The translations under genes were made by a program, and so were the position numbers. A DNA stretch of 64,000 nt from an uncultured Myxococcales bacterium (GTDB taxonomy: Bacteria; Myxococcota; Kuafuiibacteriia; Kuafuiibacteriales; Kuafuiibacteriaceae), in assembly GCA_964463485.1 (NCBI GenBank), contig CAYXDO010000010.1, positions 34,105 through 98,104 of the forward strand, written 5' to 3'. This document shows positions 9,559 through 18,885 of this stretch, piece by piece (position 1 is the first letter of the stretch; every line of letters begins with the position of its first letter). A model generated the notes under the pieces. It ran no database searches. It had not been told where the DNA came from and saw only the letters and a program-made list of their open reading frames with translations.

Positions 9559-10152
9559 ATGAACACGGTCACAAAAGACGCGAACTTACTCGGAGAAGTC
9601 TTGGGCATACCGGAGCGGCGCCGCCCGGCCTTCGAAGATCGGCTGGCCGCGGTCGGTGGGCTCACGGGACTTCTCCGCGCTGGCTCCGAAGCCGTCGGAG
9701 ACGCCATTCCGGCTGGTTCCCTCTCGAAAATGGGAGCCTTGCTCAGCCTGCTCGAGCGGTTCTCCGCTCCGGATGCGCTTCCAAGCCCCGTTTCCCGGGC
9801 TGAGGAGGTGGTCAGCTACTTCGCCCCGCGCCTCAACAACCTGGGCGTCGAGACCGTGTGGGTCCTCGGCCTCGACGCACGTGCACGCCCGGTCGGCACT
9901 TGGTGTGTAGCCCAAGGAACACTCACCGCTTGCTTGGTCCACCCCCGCGAAGTGTTCGCGCCGGCCATTCGCGCGCGCGCCGCGCAAATCGTCGTGATCC
10001 ACAACCATCCGAGCGGCGATCCAGCCCCGAGCGACGAAGACCACGAGCTAACACGACGGATCGGCGAGGCCGGCGAGCTCCTCGGCATCCCCCTGCTCGA
10101 TCACATCGTCGTCGCGCGCGCAGGCTTTCGATCGCTCGGACCCAACATCTGA
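9559..10152 (+). CDS. radC: RadC-like JAB/MPN domain protein
   Basis: C-terminal IVVIHNHPSGDPAPSDEDHELTRRIGEAGELLGIPLLDHIVV is the JAMM/RadC signature H-x-H-P-S-G...D. Start taken at MNTVTKD (ATG 9559). The ORF track start at 9460 is also possible. Confidence 0.7.
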   Translation: MNTVTKDANLLGEVLGIPERRRPAFEDRLAAVGGLTGLLRAGSEAVGDAIPAGSLSKMGALLSLLERFSAPDALPSPVSRAEEVVSYFAPRLNNLGVETVWVLGLDARARPVGTWCVAQGTLTACLVHPREVFAPAIRARAAQIVVIHNHPSGDPAPSDEDHELTRRIGEAGELLGIPLLDHIVVARAGFRSLGPNI

Positions 10153-10187
10153 CGCGGCAAGCCACGCGAGGTGTCGAATCGATGACG

Positions 10188-11435
10188 CTACTTCGTGCGC
10201 TTTTGCTTGGGGCGCTTGGTTGCGGGCTTCGATGAAGGCTCGATCGCCTTCTTCGTCTTCGATCTACCGCGAGCCTCGACTGGCTTCTCCGCGGTCGTCG
10301 CTCCGCGGGGCTCGACCTTTCGCTTCGCGACGACGACGGGAGCGTCGAACGCTTCCGGCCTGGCTGCCGGAAGGTCCAACACCGTCCGAAGCCCAGGCTT
10401 CAAGTCGACGATGAGACCGACCGCAGACAGCACCGAAGCGACCGTGCAGGCGTCGCCTGGGAAATCGCACTCCAAATGCAAAGGCGGAATCCCGACGATG
10501 TCGATCGTCGTCATGGGACTCGGCTCGTCCAGCGCCATCACGAGCTCGAGGCTGATCAGCTCCTGGCCCTCGAAATGACCGCGAGCCACCTGGCGGATAC
10601 CGCGAATACGACCCGATCCGAGCGGGCCCAACACCGAAGAGCTCGTCGCTTCTGCTGCGACCAGCGGCTCCAGCCGTTCGGAGACCGCCTCGAGCGTCAG
10701 ATCGAGGCCCCGAGCGATCAGGCGCACCGAGGCATCCAAGCCCACATGACCCACTCGCCCTTGGGCCATCGCTTTCTTGAACGCCGCGGGCGTGAGGCCT
10801 ACGCCCGCTTTGGCTTGAAGCTGCGCGCGTCGAGTGGCCAGATCGACGACCCGCCGCACTCGCACGCGCCGGATCGATCGCGTTTGCTGGGCCAACGTCA
10901 CCGGGAGCCGATCCATCGCAAAGCCAGGATTCACACCCGTCGCCATCACGACGACACCCCGCTCGCGAGCTCGCTGATCGAGGCCGTCGGCAAAGACACG
11001 ATCAGCGTCGCTCGGAGACGCGAGGCTCTCGGTCGTCAGCACGACGTGACAACCGGCGTCGAGGCAGGCACTGGCGACCTGGGCGGAGCGCTCCGCGTCC
11101 GAGCTCGCGCACACGATGACGACCTCGGGCCGTTCGCGCGCAAGCACCGCAGAGAGGTCCGCGTCGATCACGAGGCCGATACGGCCTTCACCAATCACTT
11201 CGCCGAGGTCACGGCCGACTTTGTGCGGATCGGTGTCGGCCACGCCGACGAGCTCGACGCGCGGATCCTCCAGCGAGGCCCGGGCGACCTCGGCGCCGAT
11301 CCACCCGACTCCGACGACCCCAATTCGAACGCGTTCGATGGGCACGTCCGGAAGGTACACAGACTCGTGTTCTCGAAAAAGAGAACGGCAATCGAAGGAT
11401 GACGGATCGCGCCTGCTCGGGTATCCATCGCTCAT
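10188..11435 (-). CDS. DapB-like NAD(P)-binding dehydrogenase family protein (dihydrodipicolinate reductase / amine dehydrogenase-like) with lysine-rich C-terminal tail
   Basis: Rossmann motif VRIGVVGVGWIGAEVAR near the N-terminus. DapB-N-like architecture. C-terminal ~45 aa is K/R/P-rich (KRKVEPRG...KRPKQKRTK). Start taken at MSDGYPSRRD. Confidence 0.6.
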   Translation of the reverse strand: MSDGYPSRRDPSSFDCRSLFREHESVYLPDVPIERVRIGVVGVGWIGAEVARASLEDPRVELVGVADTDPHKVGRDLGEVIGEGRIGLVIDADLSAVLARERPEVVIVCASSDAERSAQVASACLDAGCHVVLTTESLASPSDADRVFADGLDQRARERGVVVMATGVNPGFAMDRLPVTLAQQTRSIRRVRVRRVVDLATRRAQLQAKAGVGLTPAAFKKAMAQGRVGHVGLDASVRLIARGLDLTLEAVSERLEPLVAAEATSSSVLGPLGSGRIRGIRQVARGHFEGQELISLELVMALDEPSPMTTIDIVGIPPLHLECDFPGDACTVASVLSAVGLIVDLKPGLRTVLDLPAARPEAFDAPVVVAKRKVEPRGATTAEKPVEARGRSKTKKAIEPSSKPATKRPKQKRTK

Positions 11436-12153
11436 GACCGCACATCTTCTCGTGGTTGGCCTCTTGCTCGGCGCCTCGCCCGAACGCGAAGGAGGCTGGG
11501 AGGACGTGTCGAACGAGGACGGCGTACGGGTCGAGCGGCGCACGGTGGAAGGGACCTCGCTGGTCGAATTCAGAGGGCGAGGCCTGGTGGAAGCTCCGCT
11601 CCTGGAGGTCGCCGCGGTCATTCGCGACAACGACCGAAAGACGGAGTGGATGGCGAACTGCCAATCCAACTATCCCGTGCGTTGGCGCTCGAGCACTTCG
11701 GCGATCGTGTATCACCGCGTCGGCAGCCCGGCCTTCTTCATCAGCGATCGAGATACCGTGATGGACGTGCGGGCCGAGTGGGCCAAAGAAAAACGCGAGC
11801 TCACCGTGTCGTTCTTCGCCGTCACGGATCCAAAGACTCCGGTCCGAGACGACGCCGTGCGCATGCCCGAGCTTCGTGGGTTTTGGAGGCTCCGGTACGT
11901 GAGCCCCAAACGAACCGACGTAACCTACCAAGTCTTCGCGGACCCCGGTGGCTCATTGCCTCGATGGCTGGTGAATTGGGCTTCGCGAGACATCCCGCTC
12001 CACTCGATCGGTGGGTTGAGAGCGCAGGTCACGAAAGCCGGGTACGAGAAGGACCGCGCGATCCTGGAGCTCGCTTTCGACCTGAGCGTGCTCGACCCGG
12101 ACAAGGTTGCGTCGGAGTCGGCAAAGCCTGAGTCCGAGACGCGAGCGAACTGA
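11434..12153 (+). CDS. START/SRPBCC-domain lipid-binding protein, secreted
   Basis: Signal-peptide-like MTAHLLVVGLLLGASPE. START-like core (GVRVERRTVEGTSLVEFRG...DNDRKTEWMANC). Its start codon is 2 nt from the divergent start of 10188..11435. Confidence 0.6.
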   Translation: MTAHLLVVGLLLGASPEREGGWEDVSNEDGVRVERRTVEGTSLVEFRGRGLVEAPLLEVAAVIRDNDRKTEWMANCQSNYPVRWRSSTSAIVYHRVGSPAFFISDRDTVMDVRAEWAKEKRELTVSFFAVTDPKTPVRDDAVRMPELRGFWRLRYVSPKRTDVTYQVFADPGGSLPRWLVNWASRDIPLHSIGGLRAQVTKAGYEKDRAILELAFDLSVLDPDKVASESAKPESETRAN

Positions 12154-12155
12154 GG

Positions 12156-13754
12156 ATGAAAGACCTTCCGGATCCGCGAAAGACGCGGCGGCCTCGCAAA
12201 GACAGCGTCGCTCAGCGCACCGAGGCCACCGAGCGGGTGCGTGTCACGAGCTCACCAAAGTCGAAGAAGGCGCCGACGGAAGGCGAACCGTTCGAAGACG
12301 ACGAAGCCACGGAGCTGCTGAGCTCGGAGCATTTGAAGATCGAGAAGCACACTCATCCTCCGCTCAGTACATCCCAGCCGGGTTTCGTGGAGGTGCGGCG
12401 AGGCAACCCAGAAAAGGCGAAGTTGGAGACGACTCAGCGGGTGATTCGGTCTCCCAAGGGTGTCAAGCCGCGCGGAGCCATGGCGCTCAAGGGGACCAAA
12501 GCCGCCGGGGCCATGGCCCATAAGCTGCACGTCGATCGGATGGTCGACGAAAACATGCCGGCCACGAAGGTGCCGGCCCTGCGTCTCATCGCGCCTCACT
12601 TGGCCCGGTCGACGTTGGGTGCCATCGAGGAGACTCTCCTCGGTCACCTCGAGTCCCGACGAGAGGGTGACGCGGCGATCTCTCCCAAACGAAATCTCGA
12701 GCGGCTGATTCATGACGCCGAGTTCGCCGCGCTGGAGCCGCGGGCGCAAGCAGCCTTACTCTCCACGCTCGCCGAAGACCCAGCCGACGCCGACGCCGTC
12801 AAAGCCATCGTCAAGCTCGTCGGCTCCGGAGTGCTGAGTAGGGTTCCGGGGAGTGAACGAAGGCTCCTGCTCGAGCTGCTCGGTGCGCTCGCTCCACGAA
12901 ACCGCAGACTCCTCGCGAGCATCGCGGAGCGCCCGTTGCGTCGAAGAACGGCGCTCGAAGACCACGACGTAGAGGACGGAAGTCTCGTCGCCGCCCTCCA
13001 TTCATACTTGCTCGGCACCGAGCTCGACCCTCGCATCGAACGCGCCGGGCTCGATCGAGAGACTGCCACCGTCCTCGTACTCTCGACGCTCGCGCACCCT
13101 GAACGGCTGCCCTTCGAAGACGGCCCGGCCGGCGTTCTCGGCATCATCGAATATGCGCTGGCCGAAGGATCCCCCGCCGAGTGGCTCCGGCTGTGGGCGC
13201 GGCTTTCGAGCGGTGAGTTGGTCGCCGACCTGCCCGGCCGCGGTTCTTTGGATCTAGGGGACCGCCTCGCGACCCTCGGCACCCCCACGTTCAAAGACAC
13301 CGAGACACCCCTCCGACAGGGCCTCGAGATCGTCGCCGGACTCGCCCATCCGAGGAGCGGACCGACCCGAGAGGCGTTCGCGATGCCTGGAGGTCATGGC
13401 ATCGACGCCGACATCGTCGCTCGATCCCTCGGTCTGATTTACGGGATCGATTACTCCGTCTTCGCGGGCGCCCGCGCCGCCCGCCGGGCCCTCGAGAGTG
13501 CCAGCCCCAACCCGCAGAGAGTACCACCCGCGTTCATTTCCGTGCTGTTCGAAGGCGGCGAGCGCCTCTTCATCTTCGATCACTTGGCCGATCGACTGTA
13601 CCTACGCGCGCCCCACGGCACGTCCACCAAACCGCGGGGAGCCGTCCGTCTCGACCCTTCGCGCGTCGTGGAAGATCCTTCACGCGGCCTCGAGAGTATC
13701 TCGAACGAAGAGCTCGATCAGGTCGCGGGCGTGGCGATCACGCCGCGCAGCTGA
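12156..13754 (+). CDS. Hypothetical protein
   Basis: 532-aa ORF directly following the START-domain gene. High GC3. No domain recognised. Confidence 0.5.
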   Translation: MKDLPDPRKTRRPRKDSVAQRTEATERVRVTSSPKSKKAPTEGEPFEDDEATELLSSEHLKIEKHTHPPLSTSQPGFVEVRRGNPEKAKLETTQRVIRSPKGVKPRGAMALKGTKAAGAMAHKLHVDRMVDENMPATKVPALRLIAPHLARSTLGAIEETLLGHLESRREGDAAISPKRNLERLIHDAEFAALEPRAQAALLSTLAEDPADADAVKAIVKLVGSGVLSRVPGSERRLLLELLGALAPRNRRLLASIAERPLRRRTALEDHDVEDGSLVAALHSYLLGTELDPRIERAGLDRETATVLVLSTLAHPERLPFEDGPAGVLGIIEYALAEGSPAEWLRLWARLSSGELVADLPGRGSLDLGDRLATLGTPTFKDTETPLRQGLEIVAGLAHPRSGPTREAFAMPGGHGIDADIVARSLGLIYGIDYSVFAGARAARRALESASPNPQRVPPAFISVLFEGGERLFIFDHLADRLYLRAPHGTSTKPRGAVRLDPSRVVEDPSRGLESISNEELDQVAGVAITPRS

Positions 13755-13759
13755 CTCGT

Positions 13760-16700
13760 TCAGGGCAGGCAGAGGGCTCCGTACTGGACTTCGATCCGGG
13801 AGCCCGGATCAGGGACTGCGCCGCCGTGGAAATCTACGCTGTTCGAGGCGGGGTCGTAGGTCCAGCCGTTCGAACCATCCTGCGGCACGGCCTGGCCGTC
13901 GACGCGAACGACCACCGTTCCTCCGTCCGCCAAGCGGCTCAAGGACCAGGCCTCGCGCAAGGCGAAGACGTCCAAACCCATGTTGGCGAGCATCGTGCTC
14001 CAAGAGTTGGTGCAGATCGACTCGAATTGACCATTGAGTTGGGAAACCGCGTCGCGATACCGAGTCCCAGCCTCGGCGGTCGCGCACCCGCCCGGCACGG
14101 GCCCGGCGATGGCGGAGACCTGGACGAGCTGTGGATTTCGGAATCCCTTGATGTTCCTGAAGAAGTCTACGTACAGGTTCACGGAGCCGGGAGACTGGTC
14201 CTCTTCGTCACTCACCATGATGACCGCGAGCCGCGCGTCGTCGCGCAAGAAGCCGGCGTTCTCGACGTCGATCTTCGGATGGTCGAGGGCCGCGCGAGCG
14301 GCCTGAAGCGCGGCCTCCGCCTCGTCCGAGCCGCCTGGGTTGGGCCGGCGATTTCCGTTCGGTGGGTTGGTGACTCGCGAGGCACACTGGAAAGCCGCCT
14401 CTCGGTTGCTATCGCCCGACTTGATGATTTTGCTGAAACCGTTGCAGGCCCAAAGGTCGCCGGCGATCGCATCGTTGATCTCGGTGGTGGTGACGCCGAT
14501 TTGGTAGTCGACCCCGCCCAGGCTGTCCGCGAACTGGACGAAGGACTGGAAGTTGGCGGCGAGCGCGCTCTGCTCCTCGTCCATCGAGCCCGAGTCGTCG
14601 ACGACCCACAGTATGTCCACCTTGTTCTCGGAGAGCTGGGCGAAGGTATCCGTCTGTGCAGAGTTCGGCGTACCCACGCCATGCAGCGGCACGGTCGTCT
14701 CGATCGTCACGTTGTTGGAGATGACCAGGAGCCCGTTGTGGTCGGGTGGATTGATGCGAGTCGGGAAAAATCGGACGGTGACTTCGGCGTTCCCGCCTGG
14801 CGAGACCGAGAATGCGTACGGAGCGGCGACGGGGTTGCCTGCCCCATCCCGAACCGACGTGATCCTGAACTGCGGGTCGGACGTCGCGTCGATACGCACC
14901 TCGGTGACGTCCAAAGACCCCGAACCGGAGTTGTAGATGCGGACCTCCCGGGTCTCCGACCCACAGGTGCTGGGTTGGCCGGGCTGCGCCGCATCCCAAG
15001 TCACGAGTCCAAAGTCGATCGAATCCGGAATCACGTCGATGCTCGGCACGACCGCGCTCGCGCTGATGCCAATTCGATAGGCCGTGGTGGTCAGACCCGT
15101 GCCAGCGACGTTGACCGTCACCTTGTTGCGGAGCGGTGTGTAACCGAACTGCTGGGAGAAGGGGTTCGAGGCCACGTGAGTCGGGTGGAAGGTGACATCC
15201 ACGGTCTCTGTCGCGCCCGGGGCGACCGTAGCGGGCAAGGTTCGCGGCGTCGTGACCGTGAACTCGCCCGGCTCGGCAAGATCCGCAGACTGCGACACGA
15301 GCTGACAGTCCGTGTTGCCGATGTTCGTCACGCGAATCGACTGGGTCTTCGAATAACCGATGTTCACGCTGCCGAATTGGAGCGTCCCGTCGACGACGGA
15401 CCGATAGAGCGCGCCTTGATTTCCAAAAGGCTGCACGTCCAAGGCACACACGGGCGTGCCACCGCCTTGCGCCACTAAGGTCACATGATTGGTCGCCCCC
15501 GGCGCAGGCTCGTCCGAGGTCACGTCGAAAGCCGAGGAGTCTTGTTGGGGCGTCGCCACCTGAGGCGCGGTGTACCGAATGTGCAGATCCAAGGTGGCAC
15601 CCGAAGCGACCGTAAACGGCAGCGTCGGCTTGTTCACGAACGCAAACCCACCGCTCGGATCGGTCAGCGCGGTGACCGTACAAACATTGGCGCCAATACT
15701 CGCGAGCGTCACCGTTCGGTCGAGTGATCCGCCGGCAGCCACGGTTCCGAAATTCACGTTGGCCGGGACCGCCTGAAGGTCACAGGTCGCGGCGCGCCCG
15801 CGCAACGGAATCCACGAGTTCGATCCGCCCGCGGTCGCATAACGCAGACCGCCCTTGTGATCGCCCGGAGACGTGGGGCTGTAAGAGATGACGCCCTCCG
15901 AGTACTCACCCACGGGCAACACACCGGTCCGGAACGGCGTACCTACGGCGAACTCGGGCCCGGTGACGAACGGGTGCCCGGCGGTCCGTTCGAGATCGGC
16001 TGTTCCGAGATCGACCGGATCGGTCCCGCACGAAACCAAACGAGCGGTCTTCGATGACGTCGCACCCACGTCGACCGCGCCGAAGTCGACCAGCGCAGCG
16101 TTCACGCACGTCGCGCCGTCCATGACGCAAAAGCACAGAGCGGGACCTGCGCCCACGCCTTCGATGGGCACTTCGATCGCTCCGTTTTGCGCATCGCCCG
16201 AGCTGATCTTGACGACGCCGGTGTCCTGACCGCCGTCGACGGGAGCGTAGGTGACGACGACCTCGTAGGATTCGCCAGGCCGAAGCACCTTGCAGAGGTT
16301 GGTCAATGGGCAGTCCGTGACACCTTCAGGAAGCGACGTGGCCTGGGGCGCGCAGTACTCCGTCGAGAGAGACTCGAGCTTGATGTCGCGCAGATCGAGG
16401 TCACCTCCGCCGACGTTCTCGATGTGGATCGTCTGATTTGCGGTCTGGCCCCGAGACACGTTGCCGTACGAGATGCGCGCGTTCGCATCGCACTGATCGC
16501 CTACGCACACTTTGATTTTTCCGAGGCCCGCGGAAAGCAAGATGCGCGCTTCGCCGCGATTTGGATCGTCCGACTTCACGACGAGCTCGACGCCGTCGGA
16601 CTCCGAGTCCGCCGACTGATACGCCACCTTCACCACGATTCCAGGAGGTGAGGTCGGCTCTCGATTTGCCGGAATTGCGGTGGGAACGCTCAGCGGTGTC

Positions 16701-17056
16701 GATCCGTCGGAGCTGAAGATGGAGATCGTGTACTCGGGGTCGGGCTGGGACAGCTCGATCGACTCGACCAAAAGCGGAGCGGTGCCGGTCGAGCGGATCT
16801 CGAACACGCGCTCACCCCGCGAGCCAAAATCGGTCTGAGCACCGGCGGGGAAGTCGTCCGGAATTCGCCGTTTCACGAGCGCTTCGGAGCAAGGATCCTT
16901 TTCGAGCACCGTGAGCGTCATGACGGTGGAGACCTGCTGGATTCCTTCCTCGTCACACGAACAGCGCGGAAGCAGGCCGACCATGAGGAGCCCAAGCGAA
17001 GTCGCGAGCGAGCTCGGATGAGACGCGGTGAATCGGAGTCGTTTCGAAGTTTGCAT
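13760..17056 (-). CDS. Large lipoprotein with multiple beta-sandwich repeats and a C-terminal von Willebrand factor A (vWA) domain
   Basis: Start at MQTSKRLRF...LLMVGLLPRCSC (signal peptide, probable lipobox). C-terminal DILWVVDDSGSMDEEQSALAANFQSF is the vWA MIDAS motif (DxSxS). Confidence 0.7.
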   Translation of the reverse strand: MQTSKRLRFTASHPSSLATSLGLLMVGLLPRCSCDEEGIQQVSTVMTLTVLEKDPCSEALVKRRIPDDFPAGAQTDFGSRGERVFEIRSTGTAPLLVESIELSQPDPEYTISIFSSDGSTPLSVPTAIPANREPTSPPGIVVKVAYQSADSESDGVELVVKSDDPNRGEARILLSAGLGKIKVCVGDQCDANARISYGNVSRGQTANQTIHIENVGGGDLDLRDIKLESLSTEYCAPQATSLPEGVTDCPLTNLCKVLRPGESYEVVVTYAPVDGGQDTGVVKISSGDAQNGAIEVPIEGVGAGPALCFCVMDGATCVNAALVDFGAVDVGATSSKTARLVSCGTDPVDLGTADLERTAGHPFVTGPEFAVGTPFRTGVLPVGEYSEGVISYSPTSPGDHKGGLRYATAGGSNSWIPLRGRAATCDLQAVPANVNFGTVAAGGSLDRTVTLASIGANVCTVTALTDPSGGFAFVNKPTLPFTVASGATLDLHIRYTAPQVATPQQDSSAFDVTSDEPAPGATNHVTLVAQGGGTPVCALDVQPFGNQGALYRSVVDGTLQFGSVNIGYSKTQSIRVTNIGNTDCQLVSQSADLAEPGEFTVTTPRTLPATVAPGATETVDVTFHPTHVASNPFSQQFGYTPLRNKVTVNVAGTGLTTTAYRIGISASAVVPSIDVIPDSIDFGLVTWDAAQPGQPSTCGSETREVRIYNSGSGSLDVTEVRIDATSDPQFRITSVRDGAGNPVAAPYAFSVSPGGNAEVTVRFFPTRINPPDHNGLLVISNNVTIETTVPLHGVGTPNSAQTDTFAQLSENKVDILWVVDDSGSMDEEQSALAANFQSFVQFADSLGGVDYQIGVTTTEINDAIAGDLWACNGFSKIIKSGDSNREAAFQCASRVTNPPNGNRRPNPGGSDEAEAALQAARAALDHPKIDVENAGFLRDDARLAVIMVSDEEDQSPGSVNLYVDFFRNIKGFRNPQLVQVSAIAGPVPGGCATAEAGTRYRDAVSQLNGQFESICTNSWSTMLANMGLDVFALREAWSLSRLADGGTVVVRVDGQAVPQDGSNGWTYDPASNSVDFHGGAVPDPGSRIEVQYGALCLP

Positions 17057-17193
17057 GAATGATAGACCGCGGGCACACCCGCGCTTCTCTTGTGCCGGTT
17101 TGAGTCGAGCTACGCCCTCGGCCGGTCTCCCGATGCCACTCCCCCGTACCCTTCTGGATCCGGGCGCGAGGGCCGAGTACGCTAGCGCGGTCG

Positions 17194-18303
17194 GTGCGCG
17201 TCCGCGGTCCCCTCCTGCTTCTCCTCGCGCTCGGGTGCGCAACCGCGGACACGGGCGGGTGGGGCGACGGACCGTCCCGTCCCGTCACGCTTTGTGGAGT
17301 GTCGACTTCCTCCAGCGCGCTTTCTCGCTGCGACTCCGGCGCCTTGTCCAGTGGCTCGGCGCTCGGCTTGATCGCTCGCCCCGGCTTGATCTCTCGCCCC
17401 ATCGGGCTCGGGTTGATCGGCGCCCGCAGAATCGTCTCCATCGATGGGCCTGCCAAACCTGACGACGAACAGCTCCCAGACGTGGACACCGTCGCGTACG
17501 CGATCGAGCGACGGCTGCCTCAGTTCGCGAACGAACGAAGAATGCTCTGCACGCGACTTTCGCCTCGGGCCCAAACCTGGCCGCTCGAGCTCGAGACCGC
17601 GTGGCGACGCTTCCTCGACGACATGCACGATGATCTCGCCAAGGTCCCGCTCGGAGAGCTTCCTCGTCGCGTGCTCGTTCAGACCCGCGTCGCTGCGGAG
17701 TTCGAACACGACCTGTCCGTACGCGGCTTCGGACCCGCGCCCGAACAAATAGAAGCAGGCGTCAAACGACTGTTTCGAATGGTCACGCTCCACATGTTGG
17801 CCAACGCGGAGATCAACGGGCTGACGCCACGACCGCCGCCCGGCCACATCGCCTGGCCCGTGAGCCCCGTGCTCATCACCAGCTACTTCGGCTACCGCAA
17901 GGATCCGGTGCACGAAGCGGGAGAAGGGGACGACGTACGCTTCCATCGTGGCCTCGATCTCGGCGGTCGCAAAGGCGATCCCGTCTACGCCGCAGCGCAA
18001 GGTCGCGTGATCCACGCCGGATGGCTCGGCGGCTATGGGCTCACCATCATCCTTCAACACGAAGGCGGCCTCTCGACCGTTTATGGCCATCTCTCTCGCG
18101 CGCTCGTCGATCTCGGTGACGAAGCAGAGGAGGCGAGCGCCATCGGACTCGTCGGCGCGAGCGGACGAGCCACGGGTCCACATCTGCATTTCGAAGTGCG
18201 CCGCGACGGTACGTCCGTCGACCCGCTCGACGTGATCGGCTCCGCGCTCGGTGGCGTTGCTCAGCGGGAATCCTTAGAGCTTCAGCGAGTTGCGAGCCGA
18301 TGA
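17194..18303 (+). CDS. M23 family metallopeptidase lipoprotein
   Basis: Lipoprotein signal MRVRGPLLLLLALGCATAD. M23 motifs HRGLDLGG...GDPVYAAAQGRV...GPHLHFEVR. Confidence 0.8.
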   Translation: MRVRGPLLLLLALGCATADTGGWGDGPSRPVTLCGVSTSSSALSRCDSGALSSGSALGLIARPGLISRPIGLGLIGARRIVSIDGPAKPDDEQLPDVDTVAYAIERRLPQFANERRMLCTRLSPRAQTWPLELETAWRRFLDDMHDDLAKVPLGELPRRVLVQTRVAAEFEHDLSVRGFGPAPEQIEAGVKRLFRMVTLHMLANAEINGLTPRPPPGHIAWPVSPVLITSYFGYRKDPVHEAGEGDDVRFHRGLDLGGRKGDPVYAAAQGRVIHAGWLGGYGLTIILQHEGGLSTVYGHLSRALVDLGDEAEEASAIGLVGASGRATGPHLHFEVRRDGTSVDPLDVIGSALGGVAQRESLELQRVASR

Positions 18304-18704
18304 CGTCCGAGCCTATCGCCTCTCCGATCGCCGGGCTCTTGGCGCGCGCAGCCGAAGTAGTGCCTGGCCCAGACGCGAACCGCCGGTTCTCCGAGCTCCG
18401 CGAGCAGACGCTCGCGGCTCACGGCTTCGTCGCGCTGTTGGAGTTCGTGCTGCCGGAGACGGACCCGTGGCGTGATCTAATCGGGCGCGTCGTGCCTCGA
18501 CTCGCGCGACTCGTGGGCGATCGCGGCCATCCGTTCCCGGGAGCGCCCTTCATGATCGTGCCTCTTTGGTATGGAACGTCGGCCTACGTCTTCGTGGCCA
18601 ACGAGCTGTTCGTTCACATCGCGGAGCTCGAAGGCATCACACTCGACGTCCTCGAAGCGCGCGCCCGTGGCCCGCGGTTGGCGTTGGGGCCCGGCTCGAC
18701 CTGA
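18300..18704 (+). CDS. Hypothetical protein (translationally coupled to the M23 peptidase, ATGA overlap)
   Basis: 134-aa ORF. No recognisable domain. Its stop lies inside a 15-bp tandem repeat. Confidence 0.4.
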   Translation: MTSEPIASPIAGLLARAAEVVPGPDANRRFSELREQTLAAHGFVALLEFVLPETDPWRDLIGRVVPRLARLVGDRGHPFPGAPFMIVPLWYGTSAYVFVANELFVHIAELEGITLDVLEARARGPRLALGPGST

Positions 18705-18728
18705 CGTTTGGAGACCTGACGTTTGGAG
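18699..18728. repeat. Tandem direct repeat 2 x CCTGACGTTTGGAGA
   Basis: Read directly: cctgacgtttggaga cctgacgtttggaga, upstream of comM/yifB. Confidence 0.8.
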
Positions 18729-18780
18729 ACCTCGTCTCTTCGGTCAGTCTGAAATCCCAAACTCGTGCGACCGCGGTCCT

Positions 18781-18814
18781 TCGTCCGAAAATCGCATCCA
18801 TCGTCCGAAAATCG
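18781..18814. promoter_or_regulatory. Two direct copies of CGTCCGAAAATCGC at 20-bp spacing (candidate operator), upstream of comM/yifB
   Basis: cgtccgaaaatcgcatccatcgtccgaaaatcgc. The same core CGTCCGAAA(A/T)T recurs as a palindrome upstream of recA (21563..21579). Confidence 0.5.
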
Positions 18815-18885
18815 CGAAAACCGGAGCTCGAGATCGCGTGGCCTTCGATCCTCATAGCGGCGCGGACTTTGCTTTCGTGCGCGAC

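Noticed and set aside
13826-15683. 550-aa (+) and 424-aa (-) overlapping ORFs
   Set aside because: Both are alternative frames inside the 1099-aa vWA lipoprotein gene, which has clear domains and a signal peptide.
18699-18822. Possible CRISPR array (short direct repeats)
   Set aside because: Only two copies of each repeat, with 15-20-bp periods and no spacers of CRISPR length. Interpreted as regulatory repeats.
18571-18885. N-terminal extension of the comM ORF and the small overlapping ORFs 18566..18916 and 18614..18907
   Set aside because: The region is occupied by tandem and direct DNA repeats, and the ComM homology begins at the GTG at 18886.
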